Positions 1-9,671 of a stretch of DNA of 64,000 bases are shown here, piece by piece. Position 1 is the first letter of the stretch; each line of letters starts with the position of its first letter. The notes under the pieces were generated by a model. That model was not told where the DNA came from. It did no database searches and worked only from the letters and a program-made list of their open reading frames with translations. This DNA is from an uncultured Holophaga sp. (GTDB lineage: Bacteria; Acidobacteriota; Holophagae; Holophagales; Holophagaceae), in assembly GCA_963664825.1 (NCBI GenBank), contig OY761614.1, positions 1,888,001-1,952,000 of the forward strand, written 5' to 3'. Position numbers and translations under genes: made by a program.

Positions 1-2
1 AT

Positions 3-521
3 CCAGGCCTGGCCTTCGGCACGGGGGGCCACGAGACGACCCGGCTTTGCATGGCCATGCTCGAGGACCTGGCCCGGGAGGGCCGCCTGGGCGGCCCCAT
101 CCTGGATATCGGTTCGGGCACGGGCATCCTGGCCCTGACGGCCCATCTGCTGGGGGGCCAGGCCATCACGGCCTTCGATGTGGATCCCGACTGCGGACCG
201 GCCATGACCGAATTCATCGCGATGAATGCGGGCGTCCTCAAGAGTGCCAAACCCTTCGAATCCTTCGTGGGAAGGCTGGAGGAGGAACGCTTCCGGGGCC
301 CCTACCAGGGAATGCTGGCCAATATCCTGCTGGAGACCATCCAGGAGCTCCTGCCCCGCATGGCGGAGATCGCGTCTCCCGGCAGCTGGCTGGTGGCCTC
401 GGGCATTCTCGCCGATCGCCAGGACGAGGCCCTCGTGAGCCTTGCCACGGAGGGTTTCCGGCCCCTGCGCGTGGTGCAGGAGGGGGCCTGGGTGGCCATT
501 CTCTGCGAGCGCCTCCCATGA
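3..521 (+). CDS. prmA: Ribosomal protein L11 methyltransferase (5' truncated by window)
   Basis: Frame open from base 3: PGLAFGTGGHETTRLC, ILDIGSGTGILA, ANIL, LVASGIL motifs. Confidence 0.93.
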   Translation, partial: PGLAFGTGGHETTRLCMAMLEDLAREGRLGGPILDIGSGTGILALTAHLLGGQAITAFDVDPDCGPAMTEFIAMNAGVLKSAKPFESFVGRLEEERFRGPYQGMLANILLETIQELLPRMAEIASPGSWLVASGILADRQDEALVSLATEGFRPLRVVQEGAWVAILCERLP

Positions 522-1306
522 ACCCGGATCGGCCCATCGGCGTCTTCGATAGCGGCATCGGCGGCCTCACCGTGGTGCGCGCCCTGCGGCGCCTTCTGCC
601 GGGTGAATCCATCGTCTACCTGGGGGACACGGCCCGCCTCCCCTACGGCAGCAAGAGCCATCGGACCATCGAGCGCTACACCCTGCAGATGGGGGAGATC
701 CTCCAGCGCTTCGATCCCAAGCTCCTGGTGGTGGCCTGCAATACGGCCTCCGCCCACGGGCTCCCGGCCCTCCAGGCCGCCAGTCCCTGTCCCGTGTTGG
801 GCGTGATCGAGCCCGGGGCCGAGGTGGCGGCGCTGGCCAAGGGGCCCGTCGGCGTCATCGGCACTCTGGCCACCATCTCCAGCGCCTCCTACGACAAGGC
901 CATCCACCGGAGGGATCCGGAAAAGGTGATCCACAGCATGGCCTGCCCGCTCTTCGTGCCCCTGGCCGAGGAGGGCTGGTTCGACGATCCCATCACTGAC
1001 GCCATTAGTCGCCGCTACCTCAACCAGCTGCCCTTCGAGGCCAAGACGGTCGTATTGGGCTGCACCCACTATCCCACGCTGCTGCCCAGCCTGGAGCGCA
1101 CCCGGCCCGGCACCCGCTGGATCGATAGCGGCGAGGTGACGGCCCAGAGCGTGGACCGCCTCCTCCAGGGCAGCCTCGGATACCGCACAGAGAGCGCCCG
1201 GGGTCCCTTGCGCGTCCTCCTGACCGATGCCAGCAGCCGCCTCCGGGAAGTGGGGGAGCGCTTCCTGGGCGAGGCCGTAGGGAACGTGGAGCTGGTGGAG
1301 CTGTAG
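518..1306 (+). CDS. murI: Glutamate racemase
   Basis: IGVFDSGIGGLTV, YLGDTARLPYG, VACNTAS, LGCTHYP; ATGA overlap with the prmA stop. Confidence 0.97.
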   Translation: MNPDRPIGVFDSGIGGLTVVRALRRLLPGESIVYLGDTARLPYGSKSHRTIERYTLQMGEILQRFDPKLLVVACNTASAHGLPALQAASPCPVLGVIEPGAEVAALAKGPVGVIGTLATISSASYDKAIHRRDPEKVIHSMACPLFVPLAEEGWFDDPITDAISRRYLNQLPFEAKTVVLGCTHYPTLLPSLERTRPGTRWIDSGEVTAQSVDRLLQGSLGYRTESARGPLRVLLTDASSRLREVGERFLGEAVGNVELVEL

Positions 1307-1323
1307 GGGATCAGGGTCCTTGG

Positions 1324-3015
1324 TCAGGCCACGACCTCTCCCGGCAGCGTGAAGATCATGGTCGTGCCCTGGCCTTCCTCGCTCTCGATGCGGATATCCC
1401 CGCCATGGTTGCGCAGGATCTCCCGCACGATGGTGAGGCCGAGGCCCGTGCCCTTGCCTTCGGGCTTCGTGGTGAACATGGGTTTGAAGACCTTGGATAT
1501 GAGTTCCGGAGGGATGCCCAGGCCCTGGTCCCGCAGCTTGAACTGCCAGAAGGGCGCGGAGGGCAGGGAGGTGGGATCGGCCTCCACCTGGAGCCGGATC
1601 TCGCCTCCCTCGGGCATGGCGTCCACGGCGTTGTTCACGAGGTTGATGAAGATCTGCTCCATCTGCTTGCGGTCCACCCGGAGCACACAGGATTCGGGCG
1701 CCGTGCAGGCAAAGGTGATGTGGTGCGTGGCCAGGGTGGGCGTCCAGAGCCGCTGCAGGTCGGCCACCAGGGTGGCGAATACCAGGGGCTCCTGCCGGAG
1801 CTTGGGACGGCGCGTGTGGCCCAGGAGCTTCCGCACGATCTCTCCCACCCGTTCGATCTGAGCCTGGATGACCCCGAGGCGATCCCGGGTGCGATCGCTC
1901 AGATCCGCCTGGCCGTGGAGTAGCTGCAGATGGCTGTTGACCAGATTGAGGGGCGTGCCCACCTCGTGGGCGAAGGCCGCCGTCAATTGTCCGGCCACGG
2001 CCAGCCGCTCCTGGACGCCCAGTTCTTCCCGGAGGAGGGAATTGCGCTCCATGAGCTGCTCCAACTCCTGGTTCTTGATCTGCAGCTCCCGCAGGGCGGC
2101 GTCGATGCGGTCCTGGAGATTGGTGTTGAGGCCGCGGATCTCCTCCACCAGGGCCTCCCGTTCCGTCGAGGCGCGTTCCAGCTGGGAAGCCATCTGATTG
2201 AAGCGCAGGGCGATCTGTCCCAGTTCGTCCTTGCGGGCAATGTTGGCCCGAGCGGACGCGTCGCCTCGCTCCAGTTTCCGCATGGCCTCCATGATGCCCT
2301 TCAGTGGATCGCTCAGGATCACGCCCAGGAGCACCCAGAGCAGGATGAATTCGCCCAAAAGCACTGGGGGAAGCAGATACAGCGTGCGTTGGAGGTTCTT
2401 CTCCCAGACCACTTCCCAGCGTTCCAGATCGCAGTAGGTGCGGATCAGGCCGATGGGGGGGTGCCCGGGCTTGGGGTTGTGGATGGGATAGAAGACTCTC
2501 CAGCCCCGGTTCACCTTTCCCTCGGGATCGACCAGGGGCACGATCTCGGCCGTGGGTGTCCCCACGGTCATGTAGGTCGAAAGGCCTGGCTTCCAGTCGA
2601 TGGTGCTGTCGTCGCCGGAGGAGGTGACGAAGTTGATCTGGTCCCTCCCTTCGGCCTTGAAGACATCAATCTGGAAGATCGCTCGTCCGTCTCCTGCCAG
2701 GCTCTCCAGCACCTCTTCGATCTTGCGGGGATCGCTGAAGGTGGGATCCCGGGCCGTGATATCGGCTTCCACGGCCTGGGAGGTCTCGATGGCCAGCTTT
2801 CGTGAATAGGATTCCAGCTCTCTCCGCAGATTCCGGTTGATCTGAAGGGCCACGGCCACCGTGATGCCGCTCGTGAGGATGGCCGTGACGATGAAGAGTT
2901 TGGCATGCAGGCTCTTGAACCAGCCCAGGGGGAGGATCCTGCGAAGGCGGAATCTCACGAGGCGCGATGCCGGGAAGGGGAGAAGGCGGCGGAAGACATG
3001 CCCCCATTCTGACAA
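1324..3015 (-). CDS. HAMP-domain sensor histidine kinase (start uncertain)
   Basis: Two TM segments, HAMP ([14 protein letters not shown]), H-box AHEVGTPL, N-box [25 protein letters not shown]. Confidence 0.92.
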   Translation of the reverse strand: MSEWGHVFRRLLPFPASRLVRFRLRRILPLGWFKSLHAKLFIVTAILTSGITVAVALQINRNLRRELESYSRKLAIETSQAVEADITARDPTFSDPRKIEEVLESLAGDGRAIFQIDVFKAEGRDQINFVTSSGDDSTIDWKPGLSTYMTVGTPTAEIVPLVDPEGKVNRGWRVFYPIHNPKPGHPPIGLIRTYCDLERWEVVWEKNLQRTLYLLPPVLLGEFILLWVLLGVILSDPLKGIMEAMRKLERGDASARANIARKDELGQIALRFNQMASQLERASTEREALVEEIRGLNTNLQDRIDAALRELQIKNQELEQLMERNSLLREELGVQERLAVAGQLTAAFAHEVGTPLNLVNSHLQLLHGQADLSDRTRDRLGVIQAQIERVGEIVRKLLGHTRRPKLRQEPLVFATLVADLQRLWTPTLATHHITFACTAPESCVLRVDRKQMEQIFINLVNNAVDAMPEGGEIRLQVEADPTSLPSAPFWQFKLRDQGLGIPPELISKVFKPMFTTKPEGKGTGLGLTIVREILRNHGGDIRIESEEGQGTTMIFTLPGEVVA

Positions 3016-3104
3016 CAGACCCTTCGCCGCATCGAAAGAAGAAGGGGCTATCGAAGTCCTCGAGATGGCGAACTTTTAGCGTAATATGGCGAGGGAGCTT
3101 TGAC

Positions 3105-5936
3105 ATGGATAGCATCACGATCCGCGGTGCCCGGGAGCACAACCTGAAGAACATCGATCTGGTGCTGCCCCGCAACCGGTTGATCGTCATCACGGGGCTA
3201 TCGGGCAGCGGCAAGTCCAGCCTCGCCTTCGATACGCTCTACGCGGAAGGCCAGCGGCGCTATGTGGAGAGCCTCAGCGCCTACGCGCGGCAGTTCCTGG
3301 ACCAGATGGAGAAGCCCGACGTGGATTTCATCGAGGGTCTCAGCCCGGCCATCTCCATCCAGCAGAAGACCACCAGCCGCAACCCGCGTTCCACGGTGGC
3401 CACCGTCACGGAGATCTACGACTACCTGCGCCTGCTCTTCGCCCGCACGGGTAAGCCTGTATGCGTGGAGTGCGGCCAACCCATCGCCAGCCAGACCATC
3501 CAGGAGATGGCCGACCAGATCCTGGCCCAGCCCGAGGGCACGAAGCTTCAGATCCTGGCCCCCATCGTGCGAGGCCGGAAGGGCGAATTCAAGAAGCAGC
3601 TCCAGGATCTGATGAAACGCGGCTACATCCGGGCTCGGGTGAACGGCGAAATGCACGACTTGACCGAAGGGCTGCCGGAGCTGGACAAGCAGAAGAAGCA
3701 CAACCTCGAGGTGGTCATCGATCGTTTGAAGGTGAGTGCAGCCATCCGCACGCGGCTGGCCGATAGTCTGGAGATGGCCTGCAATCTCGCTGAGGGCAGC
3801 GCCCTGGTGGATCTGGACGGGACGGAACGCCTCTTCTCCTCGAAGCTGGCCTGCAATAACGCCAAGTGCGGGCGCTTCGGCCTGGGGCTTCTGGAGCTGG
3901 AACCCCGCAGTTTCTCCTTCAATACGCCCTACGGGGCTTGCACAGCCTGTGATGGCTTGGGCTTCAAGCGCCAGTTCGCCGAAGAGCTGATCGTGCCCAA
4001 CCCGGCCCTCTCCATCAACCAGGGGGCCATTCAGGCCACAGGCTGGAAGAGCGTCGGCGACGACGGATGGCGGGCCCAGATGATGGATCAGCTCGCTTCC
4101 AAGCTGGATTTCAGCCTGGAGGCGCCCTGGAAGAAGCTGCCCGCGGAGATCCGCGAGATCCTGCTCTACGGCAGCACTCGGGCCATGCGCTTCAAATACG
4201 AGAAGGGCCGCAGCAAGTACGAATTCCTCCACACCTTCGAAGGCGTCATCGGCAACCTGGAGCGCCGCTACAAGGAAACCAACAGCGAGGAGGTGCGCGC
4301 CGAGATGGAGGAATCCATGCGCGTCATCCCCTGCGAAACCTGCCAGGGCCAGCGCCTCAAGCCCGAGGTGCTGAGCGTCTTCGTCGGAGGGAAAAATATC
4401 GCCGAAGTGGTGGAGCAGAGCGTCCGCGAATCCAGGTCTTGGTTCACCCGTCTGAAGCTGGACGGACGGGACGTGGCCATTGCTGAAAAGATTCTCAAGG
4501 AGATCAACGAGCGCCTGGGCTTCCTGGATGATGTGGGCTTGGGCTACCTCACGCTGGATCGCAGCGCGGAGACCCTGTCGGGGGGCGAGGGGCAGCGCAT
4601 CCGCTTGGCCACCCAGATCGGTTCGAAGCTCCAGGGGGTCATGTACGTGCTGGACGAGCCCAGCATCGGTCTCCATCAGCGGGATAACCAAAAGCTGCTG
4701 AAGACCCTCAAGGAAATGCGCGATCTGGGCAACACGGTGCTCGTGGTGGAGCACGACCTGGAGACGATCCTGGAGGCCGATTACGTGGTGGATCTGGGGC
4801 CAGGAGCCGGTGAACACGGGGGATGGCTGGTGGCCCAGGGCACGCCTGCTGAGATCGCCCAGCATCCCGATTCCATCACGGGCCACTTCCTCTGCGGCAA
4901 GGAGACCATTCCCTTGCCATGCAAGCGCCGCAAGGCTCAGCGAGGGCACATCCAGGTGCTGGGTGCCCGGGAGAACAATCTCCAGGACATTGACGTGAAG
5001 TTTCCCATCGGCCTCTTCACCTGTGTGACAGGCGTTTCGGGCAGCGGGAAGAGCACGCTGGTCAACGAGATCCTCTACAAGGCCCTCGCCAACCGGCTCC
5101 ATCAGGGGACCCACGTGGTGGGCCAGCACCGGAAGATCCAAGGCCTGGAGCATATTGACAAGGTCATCGATATCGATCAGGCGCCCATTGGTCGGACCCC
5201 CCGCAGCAACCCGGCGACCTATACGGGCCTCTTCACGCCCCTTCGGGAACTCTTCGCCAAGCTCCCCGAGAGCAAGGCGCGGGGCTATGGCGCGTCCCGC
5301 TTCAGTTTCAACGTGAAGGGCGGGCGCTGCGAGAAATGCGAAGGTGATGGCGTCATCCGCATCGAGATGCATTTCCTCCCGGACGTCTATGTCACCTGCG
5401 AACAGTGCAAGGGCAGGCGCTACAACCGCGAGACCCTGGAGGTTCACTACAAGGGCAAGAGCATCTCCGATGTGCTGGCGATGACTGTGGAAGAGGCGCT
5501 GGAGCTCTTCGCGCCCATTCCCGTATTGGCCAACAAGCTCCAGACCCTCCTGGACGTGGGCCTGGGCTACATCCGCCTGGGACAAAGCGCCACCACGCTA
5601 TCCGGCGGCGAAGCCCAGCGGGTGAAGCTCGGCAAGGAACTCTCCAAGCGGGGTACGGGGCGCACGCTCTACATCCTGGACGAGCCCACCACGGGCCTCC
5701 ATCTCAAGGACATCCAGAAGCTGCTGGAAGTGATAAACCGGTTGGTGGAAACCGGCAATACCCTCGTGGTCATCGAGCACAATCTGGACGTCATCAAGAC
5801 GGCCGATTGGATCCTGGACCTGGGTCCCGAAGGCGGGGCCGCCGGTGGTCAGATCGTGGCCGAAGGCACGCCCGAGGATGTGACGAAGAGAAAGGCCAGC
5901 GTCACCGGTCAGTATCTGAAGCCCTACCTGGTGTGA
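3105..5936 (+). CDS. uvrA: Excinuclease ABC subunit A
   Basis: [10 protein letters not shown], two Walker A motifs ([18 protein letters not shown]), LSGGE signatures, Zn fingers; SD GAGGGAG before ATG 3105. Confidence 0.98.
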   Translation: MDSITIRGAREHNLKNIDLVLPRNRLIVITGLSGSGKSSLAFDTLYAEGQRRYVESLSAYARQFLDQMEKPDVDFIEGLSPAISIQQKTTSRNPRSTVATVTEIYDYLRLLFARTGKPVCVECGQPIASQTIQEMADQILAQPEGTKLQILAPIVRGRKGEFKKQLQDLMKRGYIRARVNGEMHDLTEGLPELDKQKKHNLEVVIDRLKVSAAIRTRLADSLEMACNLAEGSALVDLDGTERLFSSKLACNNAKCGRFGLGLLELEPRSFSFNTPYGACTACDGLGFKRQFAEELIVPNPALSINQGAIQATGWKSVGDDGWRAQMMDQLASKLDFSLEAPWKKLPAEIREILLYGSTRAMRFKYEKGRSKYEFLHTFEGVIGNLERRYKETNSEEVRAEMEESMRVIPCETCQGQRLKPEVLSVFVGGKNIAEVVEQSVRESRSWFTRLKLDGRDVAIAEKILKEINERLGFLDDVGLGYLTLDRSAETLSGGEGQRIRLATQIGSKLQGVMYVLDEPSIGLHQRDNQKLLKTLKEMRDLGNTVLVVEHDLETILEADYVVDLGPGAGEHGGWLVAQGTPAEIAQHPDSITGHFLCGKETIPLPCKRRKAQRGHIQVLGARENNLQDIDVKFPIGLFTCVTGVSGSGKSTLVNEILYKALANRLHQGTHVVGQHRKIQGLEHIDKVIDIDQAPIGRTPRSNPATYTGLFTPLRELFAKLPESKARGYGASRFSFNVKGGRCEKCEGDGVIRIEMHFLPDVYVTCEQCKGRRYNRETLEVHYKGKSISDVLAMTVEEALELFAPIPVLANKLQTLLDVGLGYIRLGQSATTLSGGEAQRVKLGKELSKRGTGRTLYILDEPTTGLHLKDIQKLLEVINRLVETGNTLVVIEHNLDVIKTADWILDLGPEGGAAGGQIVAEGTPEDVTKRKASVTGQYLKPYLV

Positions 5937-5942
5937 ACGCAG

Positions 5943-6092
5943 ACGTGATGTCCGGGCTTCGCCTGGACATCACGTGGGGGTCAAAGGGGGGACACGGGGC
6001 CCGCCTCTAATCGCACAACGCGCGATTAGGAGCAGGCTCAGTGGAGCCTGCGATAGGCGGGAAGCGAACTCTAGCGAGCGGTCCCCTCTTTC
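5943..6092 (+). repeat. Structured repeat family G, copy 1 (intergenic, between convergent uvrA and yjfB)
   Basis: Hairpin ACGTGATGTCC..GGACATCACGT, then GGGGGTCAAAGGGGGGACA, nested hairpins, GCGGTCCCCTCTTT; related copies at 45052, 58364, 63224. Confidence 0.85.
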
Positions 6093-6105
6093 ATGGCAAA
6101 TGGGC

Positions 6106-6288
6106 TCAGGCGCTGGTATCCATCCTGGAGCCGATGCCTGTGCTCTGGTTCATCATCTGGACGAGCTGCAGGGCCTGGGTGGACTGGGCATCCAGGGCCT
6201 TCTTCAGCACCAGGACGCCCGCCGATTCTTGTGTGATCGCCTGGTTCTGGGCAGAGACCGAAGCGGGGGTAATGCCTTGCACGTCCAT
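6106..6288 (-). CDS. YjfB-family putative motility protein
   Basis: 60 aa with GVLVLKKALDAQ..ALQL and C-terminal G..MD; lies downstream of csrA. Confidence 0.75.
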   Translation of the reverse strand: MDVQGITPASVSAQNQAITQESAGVLVLKKALDAQSTQALQLVQMMNQSTGIGSRMDTSA

Positions 6289-6307
6289 GGGAACTCCAGA
6301 CCCTTCC

Positions 6308-6568
6308 TTATCGGTGCTTGGTCAACCGGACTTTAGGGGCACTGCCGCGCAGGAGGGCGGCGGCTTCCTGGATGGGCACCCCCGGGGTGGGGGTCGCGGC
6401 GCGGTTGGCGGCGGCGATGGCCTCGAAGACTTCGCTGCGGTGGACCTGGACTTCCCGGGGGGCCTTGATGCCCAGGCGCACACCCTCCTTGGTGATGCCC
6501 ACGACCATCACTTCGATATTGCCATTGATGATGATGGATTCGTCAGCCTTGCGGGTAATGACGAGCAC
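6308..6568 (-). CDS. csrA: Carbon storage regulator CsrA (long C-terminus, FliW-sensitive type)
   Basis: MLVITRK..ESIII..VRLGIKAPREVQVHRSEVF..ANRAA; GTG start with AGGAGG SD. Confidence 0.96.
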   Translation of the reverse strand: MLVITRKADESIIINGNIEVMVVGITKEGVRLGIKAPREVQVHRSEVFEAIAAANRAATPTPGVPIQEAAALLRGSAPKVRLTKHR

Positions 6569-6636
6569 GAGGGGAGCCTCCTTGGGGCCGTTACGAAGTA
6601 CGCAATGCTTTCCGGATTTGTTATCCCTGGCAACGA

Positions 6637-7416
6637 CTAGCGACCCGCGAGGATGGGGAACTGGAGGGGGTAGGTCTCGGTATTCAGCACCACCTGTCGG
6701 CCGATGCGGGTCTTGCCGTTGATGACCAGGGGGCCCGCCAGGTTGGCGGTCATCTTCCGGGGATCCTCCGGGATGACCACCAGGGCCAGGACCAGGGCGT
6801 CGATGGGCGCCTCCAGGGCGAGGATCGCCGCATCCTCTTCCCCCAGCGGTACCTCGTAATCCGGCTGGATGGCCGCCACGTCCATACAGGTGAAGGAGAT
6901 GTCGGGTTCATCCACGGATTGAAGGAACTTGAGAGGATAGCCCCCTGCGGGTTCGAAGAGACGAAAGGAGCGGATCCGAGGGAAGCCCACCAGGCCCGCC
7001 GGAAAGGTGATCAACACCTCCTCCTTGGCATTGAATACGGGGTATTGGAGTTGGAACTGTTTGCTGTCCAGGACCACCTGAACGCCGATGCGGGTGCGGG
7101 TATTGATGACCAGGGGGCCGGCCAGATCGGCCGTCATCTGGCTGGGATCGGCGGGCACGACCATCAGCAGGAGCACCAGCGCGTCCTGGGGGGACTCCAG
7201 GGAAAGCACCTGGGCCACGGAATCCTCCAGGGGCACCTCGTAGTCCATCTTCACGGCTGCGGCGTCCATGCAGGTGAAGGAGAGATCGGGGTCTTCGGTG
7301 CTTTGGAGGAACTTGAGGGGATACCCATCGACGGGTTCGAAGAGCTGGAATGCCTTCCGATCCGGAAATCCGATGAGACCCTGGGGAAAACGGATGATCA
7401 CTTCGTCCTGGGACAT
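6637..7416 (-). CDS. fliW: Flagellar assembly factor FliW with two tandem domains
   Basis: Two ~130-aa copies of I.FP.GL.GFP, FLQS..PD.SF, MTA(D/N)LAGPLVIN; adjacent to csrA. Confidence 0.9.
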   Translation of the reverse strand: MSQDEVIIRFPQGLIGFPDRKAFQLFEPVDGYPLKFLQSTEDPDLSFTCMDAAAVKMDYEVPLEDSVAQVLSLESPQDALVLLLMVVPADPSQMTADLAGPLVINTRTRIGVQVVLDSKQFQLQYPVFNAKEEVLITFPAGLVGFPRIRSFRLFEPAGGYPLKFLQSVDEPDISFTCMDVAAIQPDYEVPLGEEDAAILALEAPIDALVLALVVIPEDPRKMTANLAGPLVINGKTRIGRQVVLNTETYPLQFPILAGR

Positions 7417-7486
7417 GGCGGCCTCCGAACACTACGGACAAGGCATCGGCTGGGCCGGGGCCTGGTGTTAGTTTAGGCAGAGATCC

Positions 7487-8371
7487 TTAGGAACCGAATA
7501 CATCCCAGAGCGCGTCCAGGCGCTTGGCCCGGAAGCGGGGGTTGGGGATGCAGCGTTCCAGAGCCTCCTTGGATTTGGGAGGATGCTGGACCCGGGCGAG
7601 GATCCAGCGGTTTCCCAGCTCCATCACTGCGGCCACATCCCCCTCGTTGCCCCATTTGAGGCGCAGCTCGGAAAGCAGGTGGGCGCGATGCTCGGCGAGG
7701 GCGCCCAGGCCCATGGATCGGGCCTTTTCCACCACAGGGTGGCGCTCCGGCACCCGGTAGTGATGGATGCGGTTCACCAGATGGCGGATCTCCATGGGCA
7801 GGCGCGCGAGGCGGGGGCCGATCTCGGGATCCTCCTTGCGCAGTTCAGCCTCTTCGGCGAGGCGCCGCAGGAGGGGCAGCAGCAGGGCCGCGTCCCGGGC
7901 CGCATAGCTGATCTGGGAGGACCGGAGGGGCCTCAGCATCCAATTGCTATCCTGCTCTTCCTTCGGGATCTCGATGCCCAGCTTCAGCCGGGCTAGCGTC
8001 TTGAGTCCCGGCTGGGGATAGCCCAGGGCCCTGGCCAAGAGCATCGTATCCATCACGCCGCAGGGCATCACGTCATAGAGCCGCTTGAACACGATGCCAT
8101 CGCCGGAAAAATCGTGGGCGATCCAGGGAATTTCCGCCAAGGCCCGCATGGCGGGCTTCATTAGCGGCCCCAGCGCGATGGGGTCCACGAGCCAGGCCTG
8201 CTCGTGGCTCGCGATCTGAACGAGGGCCATGGCGCAGTGGTGAAAGCCCGTCAGGCTGCACTCCACATCGACTGCCAGGAGGTGGGCCGCGAACCAGTCG
8301 GGCAGCACAACCCCCAGTTTCTCGGGAGTGTCGACGAAGGTGATCGGGAGGTCGTAGCGAGTGAGCGCCAT
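7487..8371 (-). CDS. Ribonuclease D-like DEDDy 3'-5' exonuclease
   Basis: LAVDVE, LVQIA, HDFSGD, DTML, EQDSNWMLRPL..Q.SYAARDA. Confidence 0.85.
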   Translation of the reverse strand: MALTRYDLPITFVDTPEKLGVVLPDWFAAHLLAVDVECSLTGFHHCAMALVQIASHEQAWLVDPIALGPLMKPAMRALAEIPWIAHDFSGDGIVFKRLYDVMPCGVMDTMLLARALGYPQPGLKTLARLKLGIEIPKEEQDSNWMLRPLRSSQISYAARDAALLLPLLRRLAEEAELRKEDPEIGPRLARLPMEIRHLVNRIHHYRVPERHPVVEKARSMGLGALAEHRAHLLSELRLKWGNEGDVAAVMELGNRWILARVQHPPKSKEALERCIPNPRFRAKRLDALWDVFGS

Positions 8372-8450
8372 GAAGACAGTGTGCGACTTTTTCCCGCGGT
8401 TCCAAAGTCGGAATGCGGCGGACCAGCGCTACCATTGCCCGGGGGCGAGG

Positions 8451-8720
8451 ATGAACAAGGCACTCTTCTGGACGACATTCGGAACCGTCTTCCTGGCGGA
8501 GCTGGGCGATAAGACCCAGCTCGCCGCCATGACGGCGACGGCGAAGAGTGGCGCCATCCTGACGGTCTTCTGCGCGGCCAGCGCCGCCCTCGTCTGTGCC
8601 ACGGCCGTGGGTGTCCTGGTGGGAGGCGCGCTCTTCAAACTGGTGCCCGAATTCCTGATCAAGTATCTCGCGGGCTCGCTCTTCATCGGCGTGGGGATCT
8701 GGGTGATCGTGAAGGGCTGA
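8451..8720 (+). CDS. TMEM165/GDT1 (UPF0016) family single-repeat membrane protein
   Basis: FLAELGDKTQLA motif, 89 aa, about 3 TM segments. Confidence 0.9.
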   Translation: MNKALFWTTFGTVFLAELGDKTQLAAMTATAKSGAILTVFCAASAALVCATAVGVLVGGALFKLVPEFLIKYLAGSLFIGVGIWVIVKG

Positions 8721-8745
8721 GCCGAAGGTGCAGTTCCCGGCGGCC

Positions 8746-9462
8746 TCAGCGTCCCAGCTGGAACTGCACGGCCCCCAGGATGGCCGCCGGGCAGGTGACG
8801 GCCCGCAGGATACTCGCCCCCAGGGAGATCGGGGCCCAGCCCGCGTCCCGGAGGGCAGATATCTCCCCATCGGTGATGCCGCCCTCGGGGCCGTGGGTGA
8901 AGGCGAGTCCTTCGCGGCGGAGGGTCGGGTTGAGTTCCTCCGTGCGGAGTTCATAGGCCACCCACTTCTGGGAGAGATCCCAATCCAGCAGGGCCTGGAA
9001 GGGAATGGGATCCCGCAATTCGGGGATGGTGCTGCGGTGGCTCTGTTCGCAGGCGGCTACCACGATGCGCCGCCATCGCTCCAGCCGGGGGCCGATCTTC
9101 CGGCTCTCGTACTGGCTGCGGGCGAAGACCACGGGCTGGATGAGCGTGACCCCCAGTTCCACCGCCCCCGGCAACCATTCGTCCCACAGCGATAACTGAG
9201 CCGTGAGGGGCAGGCAGGCGTGGATCGGGATGGGCGGTTCCCGGTTCTCCTCCAGGTGGGCCACCAACCGCGCGGTGGCGCCGTGCCTCCCCAGTTCGGC
9301 GAGATCAGCCTTCCAGGGTCCCGGGGGCAGGAGCAGTTCCAGGGCATCCCCCGGCTGGAGGCGCAGGACGGCCAGGTGTCGCGCCTGTTCCGGTTCCAGA
9401 GGGACGAGGGTGTTCTCGGCAGGAATACCCGGGAAGGCCAGGACGAAGCGGGGTAGGCTCAC
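8746..9462 (-). CDS. rsmE: 16S rRNA m3U1498 methyltransferase
   Basis: HLAVLRL..GD, ELGV..IQPV, AACEQS.R..IP, GPEGG, SLG.SILRA; probable GTG start at 9462. Confidence 0.92.
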   Translation of the reverse strand: MSLPRFVLAFPGIPAENTLVPLEPEQARHLAVLRLQPGDALELLLPPGPWKADLAELGRHGATARLVAHLEENREPPIPIHACLPLTAQLSLWDEWLPGAVELGVTLIQPVVFARSQYESRKIGPRLERWRRIVVAACEQSHRSTIPELRDPIPFQALLDWDLSQKWVAYELRTEELNPTLRREGLAFTHGPEGGITDGEISALRDAGWAPISLGASILRAVTCPAAILGAVQFQLGR

Positions 9463-9536
9463 GCGGCACTTCCTGTGCCGCGCCCTACGGGCGCCGCCTG
9501 AGGCGGCGTGGCCCTCCGCTCCTGCTTCGGGATCAT
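9459..9536 (-). other. 74-nt coupling cassette with 25-aa mini-ORF MIPKQERRATPPQAAPVGRGTGSAA
   Basis: Begins ATGA and ends GTGA overlapping the rsmE start; same length as, and homologous to, 27402-27479. Confidence 0.75.
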
Positions 9537-9671
9537 GCGGCACCTCCCGACCGCCGGGTGAGGGCCAACGCTTCGCGAATGGGGGGGAAGAACATGGGAC
9601 TCTCCAGAGGAATCTCTGATTCTAGCGGCGCTCTGGGACTAGGCCGATAAACTGGAGGCTTCGGAGGCTCC

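Noticed and set aside
47..517. N-terminal extensions given by the ORF track (murI from 47, uvrA from 2967, rmlA from 27290, ABC ATPase from 63419)
   Set aside because: They overlap neighbouring genes; homology motifs and SD/ATGA junctions point to later starts
3061..3104. LexA box upstream of uvrA
   Set aside because: No known SOS-box palindrome or direct repeat recognisable
3198..5585. Long antisense ORFs (795 aa opposite uvrA; also 23555-25861, 46263-48026, 53938-55779 and others)
   Set aside because: Shadow frames of high-GC genes with no recognisable motifs, fully overlapping well-supported CDSs
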